A program made the translations under genes and the position numbers. A stretch of 64,000 nucleotides of DNA, taken from the NCBI GenBank assembly GCA_051294905.1, contig CM119372.1:15378001-15442000 (forward strand). Reading direction: 5' to 3'. The notes beneath the pieces are model-generated. The model saw nothing but the letters and a program-made list of their open reading frames with translations. It was not told where the DNA came from and did not search any database. Origin of the DNA: Botryllus schlosseri (Eukaryota). Within the stretch, counting starts at the first letter, position 1, and each line of letters starts with the position of its first letter. Positions 26,101 to 41,100 of the stretch are shown one piece after another.

Positions 26101-29100
26101 CAATTTGCAACTGCACAAGGCCATCGTAAGTAAATATATTGCCTCGTTTGACACTTCTCATAGGCGCGTGATTTCTCTTGTTGCTTCATTTCATATCAAT
26201 TTGAAACGTGTTCTACGCATCGAATGTCCGATACAGGTTCGTCAGTATATGGGCATATGATCAACATCTATTCATTGAAGTCTAAAGTAACTTCATATAA
26301 CATATAAAACGGATGATTCAACTGTCTGTATGATGTTGTTATTACAGGCGCGAGTACAGCGAGTACTGTACTCGCGTAACTTACACACCCATGTCAGCAG
26401 TGTTTAGCACTGGCGTCGGGTAACCTATATAAGACCAACCTTCGTGATACTGATCTTGTTGGAGTGTTATGGACTGCATCTAACTATGTGTGTGACATTC
26501 AACTGTATAAGGCAATCGTAAGTGAATGTATATGGCCTTATGCGGCAATGCTCACACGTGCGCGGCATTTTTCACGTAACAGAATATTGCTTTATTTCAC
26601 ACCAATTTGAAGCGTGTTCTATCCAACTAATTCCCGATATTATGTTTTCAATGAACTCTTGCGATCAACAACTACTCTAAAACGACAACTGTGTCTGCTT
26701 GACGTGCATAACGGAAGATATAAGGGATTATAAGATTAGCGTTCATTCAGGCGAACTGAGCTACACATTGTATTTTGCGGGAAACGCTTTTCTGTATTCA
26801 ATCTGCATTTTGAACAGATTATGCGGTAAGACAATGGGTTATATATAGCTCGTCGCATGCGTATTGACAATAACTATTTATAGACGATAATTGTAACCGT
26901 TTATGACCACAACAATGCAAGATGTCGGTAATTGATTAAAGCGTGTTTGTGAAAAACTGTGTATGGATCTTATAAGATTCACCCGCGGGAAAAGGGTTAA
27001 AATAGTGCTGCTATGATTTGCAATGTTTTTTGTAATATTCCCAGCATCTCAAAATCAACAATTGGCATGCGTGAAATTAATTTGGTGCCAATAGGAACCT
27101 ATTCCTAAGTACCTAAAGAAGGGTAACATTTGTATTAATAATCGCAGCGATCCGCCATCAAATGAAATGTAAATATTCAACATGTCAGCATCCGAGGCAG
27201 TCAATTAACTATATCAGTATCTATGATATCAAGTTAAATATGGTTACCTTTGATATTGCTGACGACCAAGAGCACAGGCTTTCTTTATCAGGTTGTTTCT
27301 GAAAAACAAAGCACTCGTTTGCGAGAAGTCTTACAAACACCACGTCGAAGACCCACCTTCTTGTTGACGATTTCTTTATACTCGTCCTAAACAGAGAAAT
27401 GACAAATGATGAAGTGAAACCTGGCAAGTGCGATTAGCAGACCTACACATTCAACTGCGAATCTTCCCGGCTATCATTTTCATAATGATTTCAAGCACAA
27501 TAGCATGTAAATTCAGTATAAGTATTGACCGATCAAACATGATCTAGGATCAAATCATTGTAAAAACCTTAACCCTTTGTGATCGGCCGGCCTACTGACC
27601 AAAATTTTACTTCATCCACAAAAAAGATGATAAAATGTCATCCATATGGCTAAAATAGACGCCCAATATATTGCCGTAAACCTGAAGTAGCCGCCTAGCG
27701 GTTAGCGTTGGGACCCCGGGAAATCCAGATCCCGGGATCCCGGGATTTGAAGCAATCCCGATCCCGGGATTGGTCCCGATGAAATCCCGGGATTTGTGAA
27801 CAGCATCTACCAAGGCTTATGTAGCGCCATATCTCTTATTTTGGTAATAAAGCAGTGTCACAAACTCGACTGATTGTCTAGAACAGTGGCCTCAAACACG
27901 CGGCCCGCCAGAACTGTTTTTGCGGCCCACGTCGACGTTTTGATTTTTCAAGCATTCGACAATATTAAACTCGAAAATTTCAGATTTCGGATTTGAGAAC
28001 TTGAAATTTCATTCTGAAACCACTTCAAAAACCTGAATCGCTATCACACATCAAAAGTCCACTAGCTGCTAAATTATAATGCGACAGCTTTTACGATGAC
28101 ACGATGCATTTGTCGTCTCGCATAGTTTCTAAATAACTCCCTATGTCGCCAAATTATGCCAAGCACAACAATATTTTTTAAAAATATTGAAAAATATGAC
28201 TTTTTCGTGGCAACCGTGAATATTACAATAGTGTATTACATTTTCACAATGTGTATGAAATGCCAATCTGCAAGGTCCGACAAAAAAGGCGTACTGGGAA
28301 ATACATATCATACCCCTATTTGATGCTGCTGCCCGCCGCGTCATCAAAAACGACGAAATTGGCCCGCGAGCAAATTGGAGTTTGGGACCCCTGATCTAAA
28401 CGATGATACTCTTGATGCTCTTATGTTTTGCGTCAATTCAATATCACAAGGACTAAATGTTATTTGTGTAACTTGTATGTGTATTTTACAACTTTTCTAA
28501 TCCCGGGGAATCCCGGGATTGAGGAGCGATAATCCCGGGAAATCCCGATCCCGGGATTTCAAATTTGATCCCGAAGTCCCAACCCTACTAGCGGTCTGAG
28601 ATACTCTTACAGCTCATACGCCAGAGGGAATAGCGGTGTGCAAGAAAATGTTCTCGATTTCTTGAAAATAAAATACAATTTTGTTCTTCTATATCTCCTG
28701 ACGTCATACTTAGGCCCTCTCTTGGTATATGACCACCTGATTGCGTTCCGCATGAATCTCTACGTTCCAACGAGACATTACACGCTACTATAGCGCTTCA
28801 TAGCCCAGCGCTACGATCTTGGAAAGGCAGACATGATAAGCACAAATCACGCAGCCGCCGCCGATGAGTAATCGATTACGTAATCTCGCGGAAGGCAATT
28901 CACTTTCAATTCTACATAACATAGTAACTATTTTATATATCTCCATGCTATTGAAGTGGTATCAACCCCAGTGGCTTGTTATATGTAACTTGCAACTGCA
29001 TAACGGATTCGTAAGTATACACATATTGGCTTATTCGACACTGCCCAGTGCCCATATACGCTCGAGAAGTCATTTCATGTGATACATTATTGCTTTGTTT

Positions 29101-32100
29101 CACATCAATTTGAACTGTATTCTACACGGCTTATGTTCCATGTATGATCAACAGTAGTCATAGAAGCCAACAGTAACTTCGTGTGCCATCTAAACAGATA
29201 TATAACTGCCTCTATATGATGTTGTTATTACAGGCTCTGGTACAAAAATAGCTAACTCTCACGCTTATTTGTGTAGTGTTCGGGCTGGTGTCGGCTTTGA
29301 TATACAATACTAAACCCCATGATAGGGATATTGATGTATATGCCAGGATAATGGCCAACCATATGTACAATTTGCAATTGCCTGAAGCAATTGTACATCT
29401 GTTTGAAGCCGCAACGAGTCGGATGAACTTACGCAGCCATGATTTTCACGTAATAAGGTATTGCTTTCTTTCACGTCGATTTGAAACATCTCTACGTGCT
29501 AATCTTCGATATAAGGACTTTCATAGAATAGTATGACCAACAACGAGTCATAGAAGATAACTGTAATCGGTTATATGACGTCTAGAACGGAAGATACAAT
29601 GGTTTATATTCCAGGCGTTCATTCACGCGAACATCATTACAAATTCAATTTTGCGGGAAACGTTTTCGCGTGTTAAATCTGCATTTCAAGCAGGATATAC
29701 ATTGATATAATAGGTTGTACATGGTCTTATGTATGCGTATTCATAATAGCTATCCATATAAATCGATTGTTACAGTTTAGAAAGTAATGCAGGTCGAGCT
29801 ATCTGAGAATATATAACGACTCCTCCGGGTTAAACAACCGCGGTCCAGTATACTGGTCCGCCGGTCGCAAAGGGTTAATGCTTGAAATTTAATTCTCTTC
29901 ATTTACTTACCACCAGTTCCTGATACCTCTCCTGCATCTTTTCAAGCCGCAAACCGCACGCACTTTTCTGTAGAAGAAGATTGCAAAAATCGTCAATCTC
30001 TACCCCCATCTAAACTCGAAAGATATGAGCGTCACCATTTTCATTTGAAACTCCAATATCCCGAGGATCGTCGCTTCGCCTTTCGGTATCTCATCGTCGG
30101 ATTCCCGTTGTTTTTGGGAATCGTGTGAATCCAGCTCGGTATCTCGCTTTTCAAGAGCTTTGTCTTTCGAATCGGGATTCGATTTTTTCGTCGTCTTTGG
30201 CTCGTCATCCGATTTTAAAATGTCAGAAATATCAAACGGATCCGTTTCGGACGCATCCTAGAAAGGAATCAATAGCCATGAGCGGATTGTGACAGAATAG
30301 AAGACAAGACGTCATAAAGGGTGAGAAATTAAGTTGTTATATCATACAAAATTTCGGTGTTTCAACTAGAACTGTGCAGTCGGAGCTTCCTTCAATTTTC
30401 TCTTGATGGAGCCAAACATGACTTGACAAACCAAAACTAACCCTAACTTCAACCCCAAAATGAGCCCTGGCCACAACCATACTTGTTTTCACGTTTTCCA
30501 CAACTTTGAAAAACTTAATTTCTTTCTGTGAGCACAATTTTTTCTCAATTCAAAATATTAGCTTGCTTCACTCAGTAATAATAATATACAATAATATTGT
30601 CATAGATAATCATTGTATTATCATATAATAATAATACTAAAATTGTACACGTTTAATTGTTGTGCGCTGAGTACCTGTTCTACCGAAGAGCTTTCGCCGT
30701 TGTTTCCATTATCGCATCCTTCTTCCATCACAGCATTGATGTTCTTCACATCATTCGAAATCCCGGTTTGGGATTCCACTCCGCTGTCTGCAGTGGAAGG
30801 ATTTTGAGCGATCGGAAGTGTCGAATTAGGATTGTGCTTCTTTGGTTGCGTTTTCCGCAGCAACTTTTCTTCGATTGAATCCAACAGTTCCGAAAAGTTG
30901 TCATCATCGACATCAGCCTGAAATGGCGAAACGTATCTCAGGTTGTTGCCCGAGGCACGATTGCTTTGCCAATATGAAATACGGTTCGTAAGAGATGGCA
31001 AAGGCAGTCATCATTGGAACTCAAGTAGAAGTAGAAGTAACGTCATAATTTTCTACTCAAGTACAAGGAAAAGTACCGATTTTGGGCTAAGCAAAAAATT
31101 TAATATTCTAGACCTAGTTTTTCCTAAAATACTGGAAACTGACAAGAAGCAAAAGGAGTGTGAAATTATAACCATTTGAATAAGTAGTGCAAGAACATCA
31201 AACCAAAATAGGTATTCTGAAGAAGTAAAAGTATTTTCTCTACTTGAAATAATTCATCGCCGAAGAAATTCATATATACACCTGATATACTCTACAAACA
31301 CCGATAGAAGCCGAACGTCTCAAAGTTTAGCAAATGTGCACAGTTCACACCAATCGAGCGCTGACTAACACAACATACCGCAAATATCTTGCAAAAACAA
31401 GTCAAATCTTTATCGCTAACCTTGGACTTCTTATCAGCCTTGTCCTGCTTTGGTCCGAATTTTTTCGCTTTTGCTACCGGCAGCTTGGTCAGATCTTCAC
31501 CTTCATCGTCGGACAGATCCTAATGAAAAACAACGCGGCTCAAATACGGACTGCGTACCGGCATGAAAATTTATGACAATCATTCCGAAATAATAGTAGT
31601 AACTGGCGACCAAAAAGGTAAAAGCAATATTACTCACCCAAGAATTGCATTCGTCGAATTTCTCCGGTTCTGAAGCGGGCGCCGTCTGAAAGCAATTAAT
31701 CGTCGTGAAAATTTGGTTTCCTACTGTTTTTCCGAACAGGATTACGATCCGTACTTAACAATGCATGTGACGTACATAGATCTTGTACCGTACCATGGGC
31801 AATTACACTAAAAAGGCGACTCTCCCACAACGTAATATAGTATCGATCGTGATATTACAGCAGAGACAAAAATCAAGATACCGTCATACAGGAATAATAT
31901 GTTGAGACACGTACGGAGTCTTAACTGCTTTGGATTAGGATCATCACCATCCTCGATTGATCAATATGCTTTTTCACAAATTTTGTCAAAATTGTATCCA
32001 CATTTGGCCAAACTAATCTCATCAATAACTAATCTTATCAAATACACCACCTGTTCTATCGCTTCCACTGGAATAGTCTCCTTAGGTAGTGACTCTTGTA

Positions 32101-35100
32101 CAACCTATAACAAGATCAAGTATCGTAAGATTATCAACCAGGTTAACCAGCCAATATTTAAGATCAGCGGATGTTCGAGCGGGTCATTCAGGAGTAGAGT
32201 CAGAGTGACGACCTTTTTTTAGTAAACACAAAACAAGATTTCCAGTAAATATGTCAAAATCAAATGCATTGAATTTAGTTAAACTGACTTTTATGATTTG
32301 ATGAAAGTGTCCTCCTTCTCCGATTCCAAAATATGGTAACCCTACTATATGCCGGTAACCGATGATAAATGTAAGATTAATAAACTGCCCCTGGTCGTTT
32401 CGACATCTTCATCTCAGTTAAAGTGGATGTTAAATAGGGTGTGGAAGCTACCAAGGTCTTAAGTCCATATATTGTCTGCTCTCAGCGAAACAAAGCATTA
32501 AATCTCAAGGTAGTTGAACATTGATAAAGACTACAGACAAATTCAGATGTTATTACGATTAATCTGTAAGGTACATATATATAGGCCTACCATAAACTAC
32601 ATGCTTGATGTAAAATTGATCAGCAATATCTTACTTGAACATGCGGACTTGTTTGTATGGCACTAACAGTTTCTGTCTGTTCGTCTACCTGGAGATAGTA
32701 GAAAATTAAGCTCGTTATGAGTTACGAAAGTACTTTAATCGTAAAAATACATACCTTCTTCAGAGTTATTATCTGCCGCAATTGTTTCTGATCCAATTTC
32801 TCCATAGGCTCAAACTGGAATAAATACGAAGTCACAAGATAAAGAGAGCAATGCAGAATAATTCCGATGTGTTTCCAACAAATAACATGTAAGTTGCTTG
32901 ACGCAAATTGTGTAACTGGCATGATTTTGTAACCTGTACCGAAAGACAAGGAAATGAATACTTGAAACACTATTTCCAAAGATAAAATTGACAAGGTATA
33001 CTGCTACAGTGCGATTTGATGGTGAAGCAAACTATCAATTCACACCAGACATAACGAGGGAATAATTGCATACCTCAGTGATGGCATAATGTTTTGTGTT
33101 TGCTCTCAGTTTCACCACACTCTGGATAGTCTGAAATGTAGGAAAAATATTATATTGTGTCAGAAAACAGCAGGCAATATCTTACAAGACAAGGCTCTAT
33201 CTCTTGTGAAAATTCTTCCACAATAAGATCTGAATCTTTCAGCACTTTTTCAACCTGAAACGATGTATACTTAAGAATAGCAAACAAATAATAACATGAA
33301 GAATGAGGATTCTACCAGTTCCGGTGTTTCCTGGCGGTTGCGTGTTCCAAAATTTGGTAAATTCTTGATCTTTTTCATGGGCGGATTGCCAATGCAAACA
33401 TCTAGTTTGGACTTTTGATTCAGTTCATCACCCTGAAATATAAAATACTGTGTTTGTGATGTAAACTAGTCTAGTCTTTAGTCCAATATCTTACAGGGTT
33501 TTCTTCCAAATCTTGTGTAATTTCTTCCAAAATAAGATCAGAATCTTTCAAGACTTTGTCATGCTGAAACCACACGTGATCTATACTTAATAATTAAAAC
33601 ACGCATTAATATGGAGATTTTACCACTTTGGAGGGTTCCCGAGTGTTACACGTTTCAAAATTTGGCAAATTCTTGATCTTTTTCATTGGGGCGTCGACAA
33701 TGTTAACTTGTTGCTCGGACTTTTGGCCCAGTTCATCACCCTGAAATATAAAGTATATGTGATATAAACGAATCTAGGCAACTCTGTAGTGTCAAAAACA
33801 CAGGCAATATCTTACAGTGTTCACTTCCGTCACCTGCGTAATTTCTTCCAAAATGAGATCGGAATCTTTGAACACTTTGTCAACCTGAAACCACATGATA
33901 CCTACACTTGATAATATGAACACAAAAATAAGATGGAGATTCTACCGGTTTAGGTATTTCCTGGGCGATGCGCGTTTCAAGATTTGGAAAATTCTTGATC
34001 TTTTTCATGGCGGCATTACCAATGTTAACTTCTTTTTTCGACTTTTGATCCAAATCATCACTCTGAATCATAAGGTATGTGATGTCAACGCGTCTAGATC
34101 AATCTACAAGGTGATAACAGCAGCTAATTATTTACAGGGTTTGTTTCCATCTCTTGCGTAATTTCTTCTAAAATTAGATCCGAATCTTTCAACACTTTGT
34201 CAACCTGAAAGCAGATACACAATATAGTTGATGACAATAATTAAAATAAACGAATGGAAATTCTACCATTGTTGGTGTATCCTGGGGGTCACGTGCTTTC
34301 AAATTTGTCAAGCTTTTGACTTTTTTTATGGAAGAATCGCTTACACAAACTTTATTGTTTGACTTTCGATCTAGCTCAGTCTGAAATGCAAAGATTAAAT
34401 ATCAACACAAAATCTAGATAGACTATAGTTAATAAAAATTCGGGTAACATCTTACAACGCTTGCTTCCATCTCTTGTGTGATTTCTTCTGAAACAAGATC
34501 TGAACCTTCTAACCCCTCGTCAGTCTGAAAATATATGTATATATACATCTTTTTATAAACACATTACGGATGAATGGTGATCTACCTGTTCTGATATCTT
34601 TTGGGTTTCAAGTGTTTCAAAATCTTGCAAATCCTTGATCTTTTTCGTGGAGGAATCGTTGATGCAAGCCTTGTCCTCCAACTTTTGATCAGGCTCTGCC
34701 TGAAATACATAGTCGGCGATGTAAACATAGAATTATATCGAATCAAAAATGGCCATCATTCACTGATAAGCCCAACGTTGCAAATATTACAATACAAACC
34801 TGAGGAGCATTGCGACATGGTTTGGGTGAGACATACGTCAATCCAATGTTCTCCAACGGTTCAGTATTTTGAAGATCCTGAAATGAAATATTCAAGCTAC
34901 TGTAACATAACTGGTAAAAAAGCAGACGAGTTCATAGAATTTAACACAGTGTCCAAACTAACAAGAGTAAGTGTGATGAAATGAAATCTATTTGAGAAAA
35001 CCTTTGAACTAAAATTATAACAAGTTCTATAAGAATACGTTATCACGTTACGTTTTGATTGTTCAAACAAAAAATCTGGGTCATTCTACCTGCCGGGGTA

Positions 35101-38100
35101 ATTTCCTACGCTTCTTGACCTTTTTAGGAGAAAAGTTTTCGGGGCTATCTTTCGCAGATAACTTGATATTCGGATCAGTCTATCAGTAAAATCATATGAA
35201 CAAATCAACAAGGGAAATACAGGCACAATCGAAACTCTTCGAATTCATTTGTCGGAAATAGGGATTTCCTAAATCTCATTAACACATTTTATTACATGTA
35301 CTGAAAAAATAGATAGTATTACGAAAGCTTACATGCTGATCTTGTTGAGCGTTACCAGATGACGTCACAGAGACATCTTTCAATACAAGTTGTTTCACAT
35401 CCACAGTGTCAACATGACTTTGATCCTGCAGGAATGGAAAGGACTAGATCAGGAAAAATGTATGATTTTGGAGCAGACTAGTCGCAACAGAAGCTTAAAA
35501 AGTGTTCAAGCTCAATTATAAAAATTACTATTGGTATATCTTAAACATGCTACTTTGATTTCCAGTGAAAATGGGTCATTCTACCTGTTGGGGTAATTTA
35601 CTACGTTTCTTCAGCTTTTTAGAAGATTTGTTCGCGCCACCTTTCCCTAAGGACTTTATATTCGGGTCAGCCTATAAGCAAAATTATATGAACAAATCAA
35701 TACAGGCATTACCACAATCCATACCATGCAAAGACACAGGGTTCTCTAATACCAATAATACACATTTTTGCTCTGTAAAGAGAAATTTGAGATAGAAAAT
35801 CTTACATGGATATCTTGTTGCGAGTTGGCAGATGGATTCAGCGAGACATCCTTCAATTCAAGTTGCTCCACAGTTTCAACTTGACGTTGATCCTGGAGGA
35901 AAAGAAGGAGTCAGATTAGGAATAGTGTATCGATTGAGCAGCCTAGCGCCAACATAAGCTTGAAAAGTGTCTTGAAATTTTGTACGAATAATAGTCATTC
36001 TGTACCGGAGAATCACAGATTAAATTCCATTCAGTTGATCACTCAAGTCATCAAAGCAACAGAAATTCTAACAACACAATATTTCACCTGCTTCAAAACT
36101 TTGCTAGTTTTGCGCATCTTTTTTCTTCTCATCTCCTTTTAAGATAAGATTGTATGGATTAGAACCAGTAAAAAACTATTACCATACAAAAATACCTTTT
36201 TCGCTTGCATATCCTCCAATTCACTTCCAAGACTATGCACCGCAATCGGTTCAGCCTGTGAAGTGAGATAGTTATGAATTAGGATTATCTATCAAACTTG
36301 TTATTAAGCTTGAAATAAACTGGTCTGCCACACGTGACAAGTTATTCAATTTGTGATAAGCTTTGACTTCATCACATGGAAACAGAATATCATGCAAATA
36401 TACTTTCAGACTATATTCACATCTGAGTTTTCTATTAAACTCAAACCCAATTGATAAGCGTGACGGTTTATACCTGTTGTGGTGATGTGCTTTGTTTGAG
36501 TAGATCACCGCGAGACAAGTGTGCATCCTGAAATGTGATAAGGTGTGAGTATAGGAGCAGACAACCAGATGAAAATAAACAATGCACAATCACCTTTGGC
36601 ACGGATTGACTCCTGTATTTGATTCCTTCAATCGATCCATCCTTTCCATCATTCTAAATCGACAAGAAAATGATAGAGAATCAATCCATATTCAATTTTT
36701 TTACCAGGAAAATGATACCTGTTGCAAGCAAGCGTTGTCCCCGTGACCCGATGTTCTGTATTTCACTCTCCTCTGTAGAGTTAATTACAACTATTTAGAA
36801 ATTTGCAACTCAGCAGGGCTGTATTTACTTGCTAGTCTCCAATGAGCTGCAAACTATCTAAATCTATGCATATGGTTCAGTTGAATTTATTAAATATTTT
36901 ATCAGATCAATACACCACAAGATTGCAATTCAACGAAAAGACAGAAAGGTGTTGAAGCGAGTAGTCTTTGAAATCAGACACTCAACTGGGCCTAGGCGAC
37001 GTAAAGATGAGGCATGCACAGTATTGCACACTGGATGAAAAGTGAAAGAAGACAACATAAAAGGACAAGCGACAAAGTGAGGTGGCATGCGACGGAAGGT
37101 GAGATCGATATGGAAATAAGGCATTGGATAACCCAAGTTAACTTACCCTGGTTTCCTTATTTGGTTTATGTCGAGGTGGAGAAAGGTATCTCATATATTT
37201 GCAGCTCCCCAACTGCTCTATTTTTGGAATCTGAACGAATCACAAATCAAATATATTTACAAAGGAAGTGCATTTGGAATTTGTGCATTTTCTTACCGCA
37301 GCCATGCTTGCAGAAATATCCGACTGAGATTTTTCTACAATTGTCTGCCTTCCTGCTACGTCTGCTGGATTCGATATTTCCTTCAAATGAACAGATAGCA
37401 TCATTGCCAAGACTTTGCACCATGTACGAAGTCGAAATACCTGTTGTGTGGTTTTCTTCTTCGAAAGGCCTTTTTCAGACGCTGGTCGACGCTTCTTTTC
37501 GTATCTTGACTTCTGCGGAATTTTTCAAGTAAAGAACTTAGAGAATGCTACTTGAAGAGAACATAAAACAACAACATCATCACATATCAAGCACAATTTT
37601 TCACTTCCCCATTAATGATAACGCTGTACTATTAGACATTGAATTAAAACTTGACTGAATGCAGTCACTATTACGAAATTAACTAACTCAAATTTCGAGT
37701 AGTATACTTGGAATGGGAATGTAGATCAAATTGAAATGAAAATTTGTGTATCCAATATTACATCGCAAAAATTGGCAACAGATCACATACCCGTTGCTTA
37801 GGCATAGGTTGAATTCGACGTGGAATGCGTTTCAAATCCTCCTCATTATGCACCACCAATACCTGCTACAAGAAATCATAATGCGTCAGAAATGTTGCAG
37901 TAACTATTGCAGCAAATGCATACCACAGATTTTTTTCTGGTGGTGGATCTCGGTGATTGGTCCAGATCATCATTCTCTAGCACCATTTTACCACATTTTC
38001 TTTCACTCTAAAAAATAATTACACACCTCAATGCACACTCAAAAGCTCGAACTAAAAGGGTACCTGAAGACAAGCTTTGACCTCCTGCAGAATCGACTCA

Positions 38101-41100
38101 GGATTAGCCTTCTTTCTTGGCTTTGACTTCTAAACAATATAGATAACATGTGAAAATTAAACTGTTAAGGTTATTAGGAAGCTCAGATCTGTATGACCTC
38201 AACATCACTGGTCGAACATACCATCGCAAATACAATATCATTAAAGTCAGATACATCACTAATGGATAAGGTTTCCAATGACACCAAAAGTAAACTTACT
38301 CGAGATCTCAGAGCCGAGTTATTGGGTTTCGACATCTGCTTCGGTTCACCTTGGTCACCGACATTCAAATGTTGTTTCTCCGACGCCTGTTAGCAATAGG
38401 CTCATTACATCGAACATAATAAGCTGAATTCAATTCATACCAAGGATTCCTGTATCATGTTTTCCAATGGAGATTCGGTAAAAGCAATATCACCAGATAT
38501 TATTTTGCCGTGTTTACGACCAGCCTTGTAAAGAGACATTTTTATATTAATTGGAGTCTTTCAGATATACTTGATAGGTAACCCACCTTTTTGTGGCTTG
38601 TTTCTTCCGTCGTAATTGATCTAGGCTTTGTTCTTCTCTCTCTTGTCCGCTTCTGCAAGGTATACATCCATTCCATTCAATGCATTTTAAAGCATATGTA
38701 CGTTTTGATGTATGTATCGCTGTATGTACACAATGTACATAGATATCTATTCCAATCACTTAAGAAGCCTACAGGTTATAGTGTCGGGTAGAGCATCAAT
38801 TTGAATCATCTGAGATACACAGAATTTATAGGAAAAGCATGTTCTATACATTAATAACAATAGATATCTGCAGAAGAGTATTGAATAGGTACGAAGAAAT
38901 CTAATAATTATCAATCACACGAAGATACAAAAAATATCAGAGGATCTAAGGGAGTGTATTTGATGAAATGAGAAACGACACTATAGGGAACTTACACGAG
39001 ATTTCACAATCTGACTTTGAGGTGAGTCAGATGCCCTCAATGAGCTGTCACGGTTCACATTTTGTTCCTCCAAATCCTAGCATCAAAGAGAAAGTTTCAA
39101 TAATTAACCCAAGTGGTAAAATGGCACTTGTAAGCAATTTCGTTCCACTCATGTACCGGCTACTAGTTGTGCCTAGGGCCGGTTGGCTGTCTGATTTCAT
39201 AACTACTCCAAGTCGTTTCGATATCTTCCAATCTTTTCATTGTATCAAAGTCTTGTGGTGTTTTGAAATGAGAAAATTCTTAATAAACTGATGGTGTAAT
39301 AGACTTCTACGAAGTGCTGTTTGAATGTCACAGGCGATATCTTCTATAGACATATTCAAAGTTACACCTCAGATGTTTCAATAATATTTCTACCTAATTC
39401 TATAATATTACCTTTTGCGGAGGGTTGTTGCCACACAGATCTACTTCATAGAGGACTTTTTGTTTTGAATGTGAACGGTGGGACTTTTTTTTCTGGAAAA
39501 TGATGGAGTTGAATCAGAGATAATGATGAAAAGTGGAGAGGTTTCAGAAAAATATAATATTTCTATAAGCAGTCCATGATACTACCACACCAAACTCATG
39601 AGCGGTTCTGCGGATGCCCTCAAACTCCACTTACAATTGCAGTAATTATAATGAATTTGGAAGGCACGTAAATCATGCTACAGATCAAATCAAACAACAG
39701 ATATTGCATGAACTGATTGAATCCTTACTCGAATCCTCTTTCCTGAACTTGCGTCACTGGAATTTACAGACAACTTGTCCAGTTCGCCTCTAATCGACAA
39801 AGTCAAATCCTGTAAGATTGATATACTTAATTTTTTCAATCATGGACTTTAAATTAAATAATCCCCTTACCAGCATTCGACCATCACCATTTTTGAATGA
39901 ATTTCTTTGGTTCCGCTGCACATCATTCAACTTGTTAGGCATCTTGTTCTGGAATGTGTCAAATAAAAATCAAATCAACCAGTTAGATCACAGGTGAGCA
40001 AGACCTTGGGCAGAATGCAACCATCAAAGAAGTGTCGCCAAGTGGGACCTGCAAAATCGGTTTCAATCATGTGGTTTTCCTTAAACTACTCATGAATTTT
40101 ATATAAAGTCCGAAATCTGATATCGAACTTTATCTCGTCACCATTTCGCAACGAGATAGTAGGCCTTGCAACTACCATAAAGCCTATGTCTGCCCAGGGT
40201 TTCACTGCGCTGTTGATGTCTGGCATGCTTGTGCAAAAATGTGAATTTAGTCTGAATTAGATCCTAAAATAACTTACTTCTTCGAGCGCAAGATACTCTT
40301 TTACTAATGTCAAGAACGGCAAATTCCGAGGGTCATATTCGCTGCCACTGTCTTCCTTTTCCTATTAAAGTGAGAGTATCAAACTAGATATATAATAAAG
40401 ATTAGAAATGGTATGAAATCCCACCTCAAGATAATTTTTTGACACAGGTTCTTCTCGCTAAAAATTGAATAGATTTGTGTAAATAAATGTGATAATTATA
40501 TTCAATGGAGATTAATGCTGCTTACTGCACAAGGCATACAGGACAATGGACTCATGCAGGATACCAAACCCTTCCAAGCTTTCTTTATACACTGAAGACA
40601 ATATTACTTCGTTACCATTTGTATATTGACAAGCGGTAATACAAACTTACATTGCAATCTCTGTCAATGGGCTGGAAGTTTCGGAAACTAGCAGGATTCA
40701 CATATCTTCCTGGTGAGGAAACCTAAATAAAAATCGTGATGCATATCTAGCAAGGATACATCAAATACAGTATGACATTTTATTCAACTCACGCTGTTAT
40801 CCTGTTCCACGGGAGGGAAATGAAAACCGATCGAAGATGACGGAAACGCATCTTTAGCATGACAAATTGTAGCACTGAAACAACATGATGCACAAATATA
40901 AGAAACAATGAATGTTTCTTTTTAATGCAATCATTTTCCACACAGATTACCTACGGCCAGAGTGGAATTGGTGGCAACGTCACGTGCAACTTAATTCCGA
41001 AGACAACTACTGTTTCCACTTTCCAGTCAGACACACTGTTTTACTGATTTCGAATCGCAATAAAAATATAATACATGGTGCAGCAATACGATCCTTACGG

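Larger units (their letters stand above)
27573..29874. mobile_element. Non-autonomous piggyBac-like element (host of nested hATs)
   Basis: TTAA|CCCTTTG.GA.CGGC … GCCGGTCGCAAAGGG|TTAA; empty TTAA in arm A at ~9504; interior similar to 25572-26996. Confidence 0.88.
1..37952. repeat. Large inverted segmental duplication (arm A 1-~15490, arm B ~19710-37952, spacer ~4.2 kb)
   Basis: Position 1 CGAGATCTATCACCAGAAAAAAATCTGTGGTATGC is the near reverse complement of 37918-37952. Exons and introns are collinear down to ~15490 / ~19710. Confidence 0.95.
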
